A DNA stretch of 64,000 nucleotides from Hydrolagus colliei (GCA_035084275.1 CM068749.1:14260001-14324000), one strand, 5' to 3'. Positions 39,065 to 50,689 are shown, counted from the stretch's first letter. Notes: generated by a model not told the origin, from the sequence alone. Program-made: numbers and translations.

Positions 39065-39153
39065 AGTTCTGGTGAAGGGTTCCGCTCAATATGTTAACCC
39101 AACTTTCCTTTTCAGATACAGATTGACCTGTCCTGTACATCCAATGTGTTCTG
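39065..39153 (+). mobile_element. Decayed Penelope-like terminal repeat (hammerhead region)
   Basis: agttctggtgaagggt...atgttaacc followed by cagatacagattgacctgtcctgtacatccaatgtgttctgtt. Same layout as 4871-4907 but with the core boxes mutated. Confidence 0.45.
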
Positions 39154-40658
39154 TTATTGAAGCTTTGTTTTTCTCTAAACACGTTGAAAGAGTGGATCAG
39201 CGTTCTTAAGTGCTATCTTCGCAAACACAAATATACTAATTATTGCTGAATAGATTAACAACTGCATTGGCCAATGCAGAGAAGAACACAACCATCCCAT
39301 TTCAGCAAGTATATTTTCAGATTACAGATTAGTTTTAGCTACAGTATACAAAATGTTAAGCATATATCTTCAGGCAGAATATAGAAAGAGAAAAACAGTT
39401 CCATATGTAAGTGGAAAGCACAGCAAACATATCACTAAATACAAGAAATGTGAATTCTTTATGTCAAATGTAGGTAATGTAAGAAGCTAGAAGCTATTGT
39501 TATATTGATTTGCTATACAGCACCTTCTAACATCAGAAGAAAATGCCATGCATGCTTTATGTATGACTGGCTGATCTGCAACAATTTCAGGGAAAATTCA
39601 ATTCACGCATAATTAATTTTTCTAAATCACGTCTTGAAAAACCTTGTGCAATGCACATACAAATTGCCAGATCCATGGAAATCCACTGTGTATTTCAAAG
39701 AGTACTCAGTGATAAAGCTCAAGGTATCAGAATTTTTGCAGTACATTAAGATAACAAAGGACTTGTGGTATTCTACACTATTCATTATAAGGAAGGTTTC
39801 AATATGCACCTATAATGGAAAATCTCATTAGAAGAGCAAATCAGGTGAATTCACCTCACTTAGTGAAGCAATCAGAGTAACCCCCAAAGAGAGGAATTGT
39901 ATCATCACTATTGGGTATCACTATTACCTGCTCATTACTGATAGTGACAGAATGCAGCAAAGCACAACAAACATTGCTCTATTTTGTAGAGTACTGGGTA
40001 AATTAATGGGGTTTAGGAAATAGCAGCAGCCCAAATTTGACATAGATACCTGAACCAGAAATAACTCACCTCTGATACACATCTACTATGCCTACATAGC
40101 TGGAGGGGAAACAATGTAGATTGAAGCTATGGGATGTTGTTGACCAGGAAGACATAGTTATACTTGCAGCTCCTTATACTTCCAAGCGCTCTGAGGCGCT
40201 GCCCTGTTATAGGGGTGCTATACAAATGCAAGTTATTGAACCAATTGTGGCCTGTTAAAAAAAAAAACCTGGTATCAAAATGTTGAGCACCCTAGCAATT
40301 TTTATATCTTCTATTAACCTTTTAAATAAAACAGTTCTTTAAAGAATTCTTAACATTTCATTAGACCAACAAGAATGTTTATTTTTTTTAAAAATTGGGA
40401 GTCATCAACAGATTTCAAGTGAAAAGATCTGGCCACCTCCAGCTCCAATGTCGGAAGAAATATCTCTGCCGTAAACATTTGTGAGAGTATTTCCACCGAG
40501 GTCTAGACTTACTCAATATACTTGGTTAGCATTTTAGATCAACCAGAATTTGGCAAATGGTGCAATTCACTCACTTTAAAGACATTTTATTTGTGAATTA
40601 CAGCAAACTGGCTTCAAAGTGAGTGAATTCCATAATTCTCCCACATCAATGTCAGATC

Positions 40659-41009
40659 TGGAGGTCCTGTGGCTCAGTGATTAGAGCACTTGTCTTGCAA
40701 GCTGGGAGACTAAGCTGGGGAGACCTGTGTTCGAATCCAGGCAGGTCAGGGCGAAACCTTGGGCAAGTTTCCTTACTCCGCACGCCTAATAATAATCCCT
40801 CCAAAAAAACCACAATAATAAAATCAGTCATTTCAATCCACGACTGTTTGTGGGACACTGCTGTGCGCAATTGGCTGCCGCGATTCACCCACAAATATAT
40901 ACAGTCAATTCACTTTACAGTATATTCTGTGAAGCGCTTTGGGACGTCGATAAAATGTGGAAAGCGCTATATCAAATGCAAGGATTATTATTATTATTAT
41001 TATTATTAT
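40659..41009 (+). mobile_element. Full-length young tRNA(Ala-like)-derived Deu-domain SINE
   Basis: A-box tggctcagtgattagagc, cTTGCaa anticodon-like loop, B-box gttcgaatcc, Deu core gtttgtgggacactgctgtgcgcaattggctgccgcg, L2-like tail and (TTA)n. CpGs are retained. Confidence 0.95.
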
Positions 41010-42993
41010 CTCTGTCAACTCCGAGTGAGATAACCAATTTGTGGTAAACCATGAGATTTAAATCATGAACATTCCCATACTGCAGCTTTGCACATAAACC
41101 AAAAGAATAGGTTGAAGTGGCCTAAACTCAATTCCTAAAGAGTTTTTTTTATCATGAACCTGATTTCGATTCAAACCGGATGTCAAGCAATACAAGAACA
41201 ACGTCCTGATCCAGTGCTTCACTCTGTAGAGAAGATGAAAAGTAATACATTAGTACCATCACTTGTGAGGCAGGCAGTACGTCACTTCCTGCTCTATGTA
41301 CAAACAGGATGAAGTGTTTTGTGGAACAGTACCTAGTTTCAGCTCCTCTCCCCAGATTGGGGAGAAGTGAGCAGCCATGAGGCAGAGACAAGGTAACAGA
41401 GTTGAGTGACAGTGTAAAAAAAACTAAATCAAAATGAAATGAAAGGGAAGAGACAGATTATCTCATTTCGTGATAGTTTCTGTTTTATGCAACCTTGGGG
41501 ACAAATTTTCATTGGTGGGATAGCCTCTAATTATAGACCTCCAGCAGTGATACTAAAATCAATCAGTGTCCTGATCTTCATGAATAATGCAGCAATGAAA
41601 ATACAATTTAACCCAACAGTAATGCTTAACATCTATAAAAGATTGCAGTGCAAAACGATTCCAAACCACAGTCCTTATTCTGCTCTTTGTTTCCTAGTAA
41701 TAACATACGATTATAATAAGAGAATGTGATGCACAACTTTGGGCTGGTCAAGTTGATATGCCTGAGGAATGTACAAACCAAGGAGTGTTACGTTCCTTCA
41801 TGAATCACATCGATCGCTGCAAGCCCTGCATCTCGACTTTTAATGACACCCAGCAGATCTATGTTTGTATCTTTAATCTCAGCAGACACGGTTAATTTAA
41901 ATGCAGCAATTCGGGATCGTGTGACCAGTCAGTGATCAGAATTTACAACAGCAAAAAAAAAGCATGTCAATTGCCTCTACATGGTATAAAATGGTATAAA
42001 TCATAGCTGACATTTCTGGAGTAACATCAGCAGGCAAATAGGTGTGTTTATTTGGTTTTGCTGAGTGTTAAGAAATGACTCATTGTTATTACAAAGTTTC
42101 ACATTTTCAAGGTTATACAGTTGCCAAGATGTATGAGTTTGGTACTTTTTTTTGCTTCTTGAGTTGCACAGACTGAATAAGGTTGCTGAAAAAAACCCAG
42201 GTTTTCTGCTAGAATCTTAATCAGTGTGACAGTGACTGAAAGCAGAGGGTTTTGCCAACTGTCAGCTATCACACTGATCACTCACTAATTAAAACGCAAA
42301 GGAAGTTGATTAAGAAATGCTTCACCCTAACCCATCCTGCATGGGAATGAATTTAAAGTGCTAAAAATCTGGCACAATCTGCATCTCCATGTGCATGATA
42401 AATGTATTGCCCTTTTACAGGAATGCCGACAAAAGTGCCTAATTCAGCCATAAATATGAAAAGTGCAATAAAAATGAAACAATTATGATATCTTCTACTT
42501 ACAGATCATTGGCTCTGGTGGTAGTGATATAGTTATAGGAGACTATAACTAGTTATTAGCTATAACCATAAAATAGCTAAATATTCCTATGTACTATATA
42601 CTGGAGAAGACACTAGAAAATAATATGATTAATAGCAGTACAACAATCAATCATATTTGAAAAGAATACAAATGTAAGACTTTCTTAACTAATGATTGAT
42701 TATGTGCTAGACAACAATTTTCAGTGTTTGTTTGGTTTCCACTAGTAATACCTCAGTAATCTGTACCCAGCACAGACATAATGGGATGAATGGCCTTCTT
42801 CAGTAATATTGCAATCAATTTTTGTGGTTCAATGTAACATTTATATTGCGGCTCAGGTTTGAGAACAACCAGAGGCAATCGCTCCTTCATTAAAAGTTGC
42901 TCTGTCAATTAAAAAGTTGCGTTATCCATTCAGACCAGAATTATAAAGTCAGTCCCTGATATTTCATTCATAACAAGGTGTGAATGAAATATC

Positions 42994-43831
42994 CGATATA
43001 GTTTTCATATCGTTACGCCGGTATAGGCATTTCAAAAATATCGATATATCGAAAAATTGATATATCGAGGTAAAAAATCGGAATGCGCGCACACTGAACT
43101 ACAAGACCCAGAATGCTCATCTCTATACACAATGGACAGACCGAGGTGCAAAGCCGCCATATTGTATTCATAGTCCTCGAATACAATATACAGGTATGCA
43201 AGGGGTGGGGGCTGAGAGAAGGCTGGGGGATGAGGGGGAGAGAGACGGCTGGGGGGGGGGGGATGAGGGGGAGAGAGACGGCTGGGGGGGGGGGATGAGG
43301 GGGAGAGAGACGGCTGGGGGGGCGGGTGGGGGGGAGAGAGAGACGGCTGGGGTGGGTGGGGGGGAGAGAGACGGTGGGTGGGGGAGGGAGAGAGAGATGG
43401 CTGGGGGGGGTGGTGGGGGAGAGAGACGGCGGGAGGGGGTTGTGGGGAGAGAGATGGGTGGGGGGGGTGGGGGGAGAGAGATGGCTGGGGGGGGTGGGGT
43501 GGGGGGGAGAGGGACGGCGGGGGGGGGGGGGGGGGTGGGGGGAGAGACGGGGTGGATGTGATAATATACAGATAGATAGAGATGGGGGGGATGTGAGAGA
43601 GACACAGAGACACAGACAGAAAAACACAGAGATGGAGAGAGTGAGAGACACAGAGAGAGAAAGATATTTACCTCCTGAGGAGATAGGCCCCGAATGCGCG
43701 CGCACTCGGAATGCGCGCGCCGCGCACACATGCGCAGTATGAAAAACCCAAAAATATCGATATTTCGGTATAGCTCGATATGAGCCAATCGATATATCTA
43801 AATCGGAAAATTTCCATATCGACGGACCCTA
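42994..43831. mobile_element. Non-autonomous hAT-like DNA element, left end missing
   Basis: Right end ...catatcgacggacCCTA (TAGGG terminus on the minus strand) abuts a cut SINE. ATCGAT/GATATATCG subterminal motifs occur on both sides, and CpG is high relative to the flanks. Confidence 0.55.
43201..43665 (+). repeat. G-rich minisatellite (~11 units, core GGGGGAGAGAGAYGG) then GA/CA-rich tract
   Basis: Repeated gggggagagagacggctgggggggg units of about 28-33 bp, followed by gagagagacacagagacacagacaga. Confidence 0.9.
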
Positions 43832-44113
43832 CTAGACGTCTTGAAGCACTTCACTGAATATACTGTAAAGTGAATTGACTGTATATTGTGGGAGAAATTC
43901 GGCAGCTATTTGTGCACAGCAGTATCCCACAAACAGCCAGTGGATTGAAGCGACCAATTTATTATTTTTTTTCTTGAGGGATTTTTATCAGGTATGTGGA
44001 GTAAGGAAACTTGCCAAGGGTTTTGCCCTGCTGGGAATCGAACCAATATCGCTCGTTTGTAAGGCGAATGCTCCAAGAGTGTGTGCTCTAACCACCCGGC
44101 TGCAAGACTCCAC
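43832..44113 (-). mobile_element. Deu-domain SINE lacking its extreme 3' tail
   Basis: Head (ggttagagc...gttcgattcc), body and Deu core are present; the tail stops at ctagacgtc against the hAT-like end. Confidence 0.88.
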
Positions 44114-44537
44114 AATATGGTGACGGAAGGAGAAAAAGGAAGAGCATTTCAGAGTTTTGAGGCTTAGTGGCTGTAAGTGTGGCCACAACGGAGAGCACAA
44201 GGAGGCTGGAGGCAGTCAAGTGGAGACAATAGGTGGTGGGTTGGGGAGTAAGCAAGTTGGGGAGGTACAAAGGTGCCAAGACATGAAGGGATATGAGTAT
44301 GAGGATCTGGAAACCAATCCGTTTGGCAATAGAGAGCCAGTGCAGCTTGCTAGAACTGGTGTGATGGGGCTACAGAGTTTATTATGGGTAAGTATACGGG
44401 CAGTAGAGATTTGAATCAGCTGAACGTTATGGATGGTGGAGGTGGGGAGGCTGGCAAGGAACACATCTAAATAATTGAGGCGGAAGGTGAGGTATGCATG
44501 GACGAATGTTTCAAATGCGGTTGGAGTGAGGTAATCT
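44114..44537 (-). mobile_element. L2 LINE ORF2 fragment
   Basis: FLASLPTSTIHNVQLIQISTARILTH...PITPVLAS and APLYLPNLLTP match L2 LAGLP..L..LQ.IQN.AAR...HITPVL..LHW and AP.YL..LL. Confidence 0.85.
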
Positions 44538-45506
44538 GATACTCTTTTCTCGTACTCAAAAGGGAATATCAGATTTCATGTATACTCAGGGCAATGAATG
44601 TAAGAGAACATATCATGGAATGTGTTGAAACAAACCAATGTGCAATAATGATTCGAAGAACAAAATCAGTGGAAATGGTAGAATTATTCTGTCTGATGCA
44701 ATGTGGGAGAGATTTAACATCATTGGAAAGCAAAGCAGGACCAATAGATTGCTGAGTGACTGATTGCTATCGCGTGTCTGAAGATCATTTTCTAAACATG
44801 TCTTTTACACCGATCAATCAACTCGATGTGTAAATTAGATTTTAATGAAGTTGAAAAAAGCTTAGGAATTTGGTTCTGATACTTTCCATAGTACCAGAGA
44901 GCACACAGCTGGCCAGACGACAGACAGTCAGCGTCCAGCTCCATTCAGGACTTTATCAGTATAAAGAGATTCCAGCCAGTCAGTGGAGCATTGTTTGAGT
45001 GATATGAACTAAAAATGTACGGTTTTACAGAAGGGAATAAGATGCAAAGAAATGTTTCACCAAGGCGGTTGTGATCAAGGGGGCTTGGGTAAAAATCTAG
45101 TGTGAGAGGGATCACATTAAACTAATACAGGAAAAGTGTGCTGCTAAAATACCTGGGTAAGATAACAAATATAATGGCTTATTGAATATTAGGATAAGAA
45201 AAGCTTTTGAAGTGTATCCAATGGCAGAAGTATGCTTTGGCTGCCCTGAGGACCAATGCTCAGCATGTAGTTCAATTATTCTTACGTTGGATAGTTGAAG
45301 TTGAGCGGAGTATGAAATAATGTTTCACATTAGAAAAAAGATGAATTAAGAGGTGTGGGTTGTTAAGGAAAAAACATTATTAGGATGTCAGTGACAAAGA
45401 GAATATTTGAAGGACTACATGATTTTTCCTTGGTCCCTGTATAGAAAAGAAGAGATTTCTAGCTAGTTACTGGAAGAAGTACACTTACTCTGTTGTGGTA
45501 TAGTGC

Positions 45507-45762
45507 AAATAATCTTTGCATTTGATATAGTGCCTTATCATGTCATCAAGATATGTCAAAATGTTTCACAAGATATACTGTAAAGCGGATTTACTATGTA
45601 TTTTGTTGGAAAAACGCGACTGCCAGTTGCGCACAACAGTTTCACACAAACAACCATGGAACATGTAACCAATTTTATTGGAGCAATTTGTTGGCCAGGG
45701 CACCAGGAGAAACTCCCTTCTTTTTTTGAATGGGGCTATGGGGATCTTTGATGTCCACCTTA
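45507..45762 (-). mobile_element. SacSINE1/AmnSINE1-like Deu SINE 3' half
   Basis: Tail + Deu core + ggccagggcaccaggagaaactcccttc...gctatggggatctttgatgtccacct, shared with 60028-60418. Confidence 0.75.
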
Positions 45763-45869
45763 AGGAGAAGCTGTTTGTGGAGACTGTGTGAAAGCTGGGA
45801 TCTGAACCAGTCAATGAAGGTTGAGGCGAAAGAAGGAGGAGTATAGAGTGTTCGACAGTTTGTAAGAAA

Positions 45870-46370
45870 TTAGAATTTCAATTCAACTTTTTAAGAAGTC
45901 CAGCACTGTTGGACATTCAGCAGAAGTTTCAGGTTGATGGGCTTTCTCTTCCACAACAAAAAGAGAGGAGAATTATTTTGGCCTTGAATAAAATAGAAAA
46001 ACAAATCAGATCTGAAAAACTGCCACTCAATTACTCTTTTATGATTGCAAAGTGTTAATTTGAGTCTTTCGAACCAGATAAAGAAAGTTTTGCCACATCT
46101 TCTGGCAACATACCAGGCATATTGCGCAGTGAAAAGAGATATTTCTGACACAGTTGCGTCTGCTCAAGATGTCTAACATAATCTGTTGATGAGTAATAAA
46201 ACTGGCATTATTTTAAATGTTGATTTAGAGAAAGCTTTTGCAGAGTGCCACATGGATGTTCTTGAGAGATTTGTAGACATTTGATTTTTGGGATGGTTTT
46301 ATTTCCTGGCTGAGGTGTTTGTATACTGAAATTATGTGCTAAATATAAAGACTTATTAACTCATTCCTTT
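45870..46370 (+). pseudogene. Fossil L1-clade (Tx1-like) reverse transcriptase segment
   Basis: Manual translation through stops and frameshifts gives DLKNCHSITLL, SNQIKKVLPHLLATYQAYCAVKRDISD, GIILNVDLEKAF and GDGFISWLRCLY. These match DLKNWRPITLL / NRLKKVL..II...Q....GR.I.D / LD.EKAFD / FG..FI.WI..LY. Confidence 0.75.
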
Positions 46371-46520
46371 CCTCCACCCAAATGTCAGTTGTGTCTAATT
46401 GTTAAAAATCACTCACTCTTGCAATCTGAGGATTCCAAGAGACAGTAGGACATGGAATGCCAAAAAGCAATGTGGTCTTACAGATCTTTTAAGCACGGGA
46501 GGAAAATAACCTTCAGAGTT

Positions 46521-46724
46521 AACAAAAACAACAACAAGTTTACATTTGCATAGCGCCTTTCACATTGGGAATATGTTCGAAGGCACTGGACTGTCAGTGT
46601 TTCGGACGGAAGCTGGGGTCGGGATTGGGGAGGGTGGAGGGAAGGGGGTTGGTCAAAGAGGAGGGTCTTGAGGTAGGACTTGAGGGAGGCCAGGGAGGGG
46701 TTAAATCTGAATTCCACAATTTGC
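46521..46724 (-). mobile_element. L2 LINE 3' end
   Basis: SLASLKSYLKTLLFDQ plus the L2 tail ending (TTG)n; same 3'UTR type as 25660-26045. Confidence 0.85.
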
Positions 46725-46991
46725 CAAATGGTGCACGTTCAGAAATGTAATGTGAATAGAGTAAATCTAGCAGTATTACTCTCAGTTGGAAAGTTAGCAG
46801 GTTATACTCCAACAGTATTTAAACACACACTCTGAAATCGGCAAATGTTGGCTTTCGACAACTTGCACCTGATACTCTCCTGAATTAGATAAGCAGGGTG
46901 CACCCCTTCCAGAAGAGAGAGTGCATTCCATATCAGATACAATAAAATGTCCATGCATCGGTGGTTTGGGGGATAGTTTTATTTCTAGATG

Positions 46992-47206
46992 CAATAAAAG
47001 CCCGTTTATCCAGCACCCGATCAACCATAACTTCCGTATAACCGGCATCGCAAAAAAAAATCCACATTCGATTAACTGGAATTTATCCGGAAAAATGCAT
47101 TGAAATATATATTTTTTTTAATTTGTGTTTTTGGCCGAATATTTGGCAGACACTTTAACCAGTATTGGCCAAGTCCTGATGGTGCCGGATAAATGGGCTT
47201 TTACTG
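46992..47206. mobile_element. Tc1/mariner (Tigger/pogo-like) MITE, 215 bp
   Basis: 26-bp TIRs caataaaagcccgtttatccagcacc / ggtgccggataaatgggcttttactg (23/26 complementary). CAGT terminus; TA on the right, TG on the left. Confidence 0.85.
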
Positions 47207-47365
47207 TATGTTGAACTTACAGTCTGGGCGTGGGAGAGGTGATGGGTTTCCATCCCACCGAAAGTAATTTAAATTGGATATTAAAATAGTTGGCAACTTC
47301 ATTAAAACACAATAAAAGTATTTCTATTCAAATCAGGGGAGAGCAGAAGATTCATCCTAATAAAC

Positions 47366-47481
47366 AATAATAATAATAATAATCCTTGCATTTGGTATAG
47401 TGCCTTATCACGAAACATCTCAAAGCGCTACACAGAGTATACTGTAAAGTGAATTGACTACTATATATTTTGTCGGCAAAA
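47366..47481 (-). mobile_element. SINE 3' tail fragment
   Basis: (aat)n ccttgcatttggtatagtgcc...ctcaaagcgctacacagagtatactgtaaagtgaattgac. Confidence 0.8.
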
Positions 47482-48269
47482 TATATCCTGCTCAGGCTGT
47501 TCAACTCAAGAAGAAAATACACTTTTATCACATTTCATTTTTACTCTGAGAACTCAAAGCTTTTCAAAAGCATTTGAAATTGTTGCATGAGTTTTTTTTT
47601 TACACAGACTTGACCCCCAACATCCATAAATCAATTGAATTTTGCTAAACATGCAGGAACTTGCTCCTTTTTCGAAACAAGAAGGCAGACCTCATGAGAT
47701 TATTTGAAGGTGCCGTTAAAAACTTACTTGGCATATGCAGGATTCAGTGTGGTCAGATACAGAGAGAGCAACAACACTAAAATTACATTTGTTTAGCGCC
47801 TTCCATATTGTGAGGGTGTTCCATGCCGCTGAAATAGTATATTCATATCACTAATCACTGTGAAGGTGAAACTTTTTTTGCCTCCTTTGAGTGACAAGGC
47901 ACACTGCACCCAACGCCAAAACCCCAATCTGTTCACTTTACTGGTTAAGCTACTCGTGTACCATTAAAACTCAAACTTTCTGGGGTTACCTGAAAGGCAA
48001 CATAAAGTCAATGGTGATTTATATTAAACCTTTAAAGCTGACACAATTTTGAAATCATTTAGCCTCACAGTTTAATGCAAACATGGTGTGCTTTTAGAGC
48101 TTTCCTTTGTAAACAAGAAAGCTATCCATGGCTTACCTACAATAAATGAATTGCTCGGACTGAAAAGGTTAGTTGAATGAGAAAAGTATTTCTTTCTTTC
48201 CTAGCAGTAAGTAGGATCTCGGTTGTTAGTCAACTGGCGGATCACTTTTCTGGGGGTATTAATTGCTTC

Positions 48270-48580
48270 AATAAAAAAAACTGGTCACTTGATCCACAAC
48301 TGTTTGTGGGACCTTGCTGCCTGCAATTGGCTTCTGCACTTCGCACAGGAAAATGAAAGAATAAATCGAAATATTTCATTCAAGGGCACTCCAAATATGA
48401 AGCAGTTAAGGACCTATAGCTTCAAGTGCATTCTGTAACTTATTGTATTTGCTCCCAACTAAAGAAAACTTGTGAATTTGCCTACAAATAGAATCATTAC
48501 ACTTCACTGAAAAATCTTGTAAAGTGCCTTGAGATGTCTTGACAACATGAAATGGCAATATATATAATGCAAATATTATA
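48270..48580 (+). mobile_element. Old split Deu SINE (core 48270-48350, tail 48490-48580)
   Basis: ctgtttgtgggaccttgctgcctgcaattggct core and gtaaagtgccttgagatgtc...aatgcaaat tail. Confidence 0.55.
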
Positions 48581-49096
48581 AAGCATGTGAATTTCAAACA
48601 ACTGAAACAGGAAATACAAAACTAACTTGCGATATACTGGAAATATGCTCAGGGATAGAAATAGGATCGTTTTAAAAACCACCACTATCCTTTGCAACCC
48701 ACAAACCAGGCACAGAAACATGCAGGAATTAACTAACATTTCTGACAATCCAAACCTTTTTAATTCATACATGAGGAGAAGTGAATAGAGGGATTTAGGA
48801 GGGATGGAGACCCATGTGGACTTCAAACACAGGGTGGGTTGCAATGTTCCATGCAATTCTATGTATCTAATTCTATGAATTTATGGACTAATTGAGTAGA
48901 CTAACTGCTGGTGGAAGCTTAATCTAAAACATTGACCTTACTGTATGATCCCATTTCCTTTACCTATTAAGAAAATGTTTTGCTGGTTTAAAGCTCATCA
49001 TTTAATAAAGCACTTTGAATACAATGATTGTGTGCGAATAATGAACAATAATTAATTGATGCTACAAAACTTCTATTTGCCTTCGGCATGAGAAAT

Positions 49097-49233
49097 TCAT
49101 AGAATCATAGAATCTTACAGCACAAAAAGAGGCCATTCATCCCATCGAATCTGTGCTGGCGCTTTAAAAAGAGCAATTTAATCCCACTCACCAGCTCTCT
49201 CCCTATAACCTCGCAAACCCATCCTCCCCAAAT
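49097..49233 (-). mobile_element. CR1 3' end
   Basis: catagaatcatagaatcttacagcacaaaaagaggccattcatcccatc is the reverse complement of the CR1 tail at 14690-14755. Confidence 0.88.
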
Positions 49234-50090
49234 TGTTGGATAGATGTGAAGACAGCCCAGTCCCTAGAAATAAAGATAGGCAAGAGGAATAGAAAATGCT
49301 ACCCCTAATGAAAAAGTTACACCACGTACAGTACATACATTTGCAGCATCACTGCACAAGGGAATCAATTTATTAAACCCAAACCACAGTATTAATCAGT
49401 TCTCATGCCACATATTACATTTCAGGTCAGTGTTCTTTCAAACTTTTTCTATGGAAACCATCAATGAATTTGTCAATTTCAGATGCGAAGCAGCCAAACC
49501 AATCACAATATCAGTGAAATTCAGGTAGACTGGTGTCCAATTAGATATTTATCATGCCTGATAGTTAGTCAATATTTGTCTCAAAGCTGTAAACTGCGGT
49601 GTAACATTCTAACCAAAATACCAATGATGTTGGAAAAATATTTTGTTAGCAAGTCCCGGAAAGAATAAGAATTACTAGTTATGAGACAAACTATTGGGAC
49701 CCAGAAGTTTAATTCAAACTATGTTACTTGAGCACATGCTAGCTGGAAGCTTGACTCAGTCAGTTACACTATAGCTTTGGATCAGTTATGGTATCAAGCC
49801 TGCAAATTATCCAGGCTCACAGACCAGGCTGATTTCCGAATGCAGCACTCAGGGAGTGTTAAATTGTTTTTAAAATCAGTGAGAGGCTTACTTAGCATAT
49901 CTTCATAGTGGGAGCTACCAAACTCTTTTTTTTCTTTTTGGCTTTTACGTTAAACAGGATTAATTCAGAGACAAATGTTCAAACTCGTTAGAGAGGGTCA
50001 GAAGGAACCTTTTCCAATTGAGACTATTGTTGTGTTTCAATCCAAACTCAATATTTCTGAATAGTTTATAACATCCATCATTTCACAAGA

Positions 50091-50300
50091 TAATAATAAT
50101 CCATGTTTATTATAGCACTTTTCACACCTTTTAGACATCTCAAAGTGCATCATAGAATATACAGTACTGTAAAGTGACTTGATTGTATATTTGTGGGAGA
50201 AATGCGGCAGCCAATTGCGCGCAGCAATGTCCAGCAAACAGTCATAGGTTGAGTGACCAAATTATTGTTTTTGTGGGGATTATTATCAAGCGTGTAGAGT
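50091..50300 (-). mobile_element. 5'-truncated Deu SINE
   Basis: Tail + gcggcagccaattgcgcgcagc core + gggattattatcaagcgtgtagagt. Confidence 0.85.
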
Positions 50301-50689
50301 GACATAATACAGCACCCCAAGAACTCAGCCACTGAGTGGCAACTATGTTTACTTATTCTGGGTCAACGTGTGCAAATAAAGTGCTTGACAAGAATGTGCA
50401 TCAAATACCACAAAACGTTGGTTATCATTGTGATGGTCACGAATCACTAATATTTTTGAATAGATGTTTTCCAGGAGATTTTTGTAGAATAATTAGAAAT
50501 TACTATTGAGAAAACTTGTTTAAAAAATTAGACTCAATCCTCCTGGTAGCCAAACAACGTCATATATACACACTGTACTGCAAATTTGCTCAGCCTCGTT
50601 CAGGTGGTGAACTTAGCATGCTCTGCTAAGTAGTGCTGACATCTTGTTTTATCACTTTTCCAATAAGGAGAATATGTGCAATATGTAGC

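Noticed and set aside
40659-40745. tRNA-Ala-like sequence with A and B boxes
   Set aside because: It is the SINE head: insertion in the variable region, no acceptor stem closure, continues into the Deu body.
40623-41047. Similar ORFs recurring at SINE loci (also 24798, 28238, 43906, 59339)
   Set aside because: Translations of SINE copies, not a gene family.
42530-42551. 9-bp hairpin with GAGA tetraloop
   Set aside because: AT-rich, part of a local gttatag/ctataac shuffle; no RNA-gene context.
43013-43788. Longest ORFs (193-238 aa Pro/Ser-rich on the minus strand; shorter Gly-rich ones on the plus strand)
   Set aside because: Artefacts of the G-rich minisatellite, which lacks stops on both strands; no domain content.
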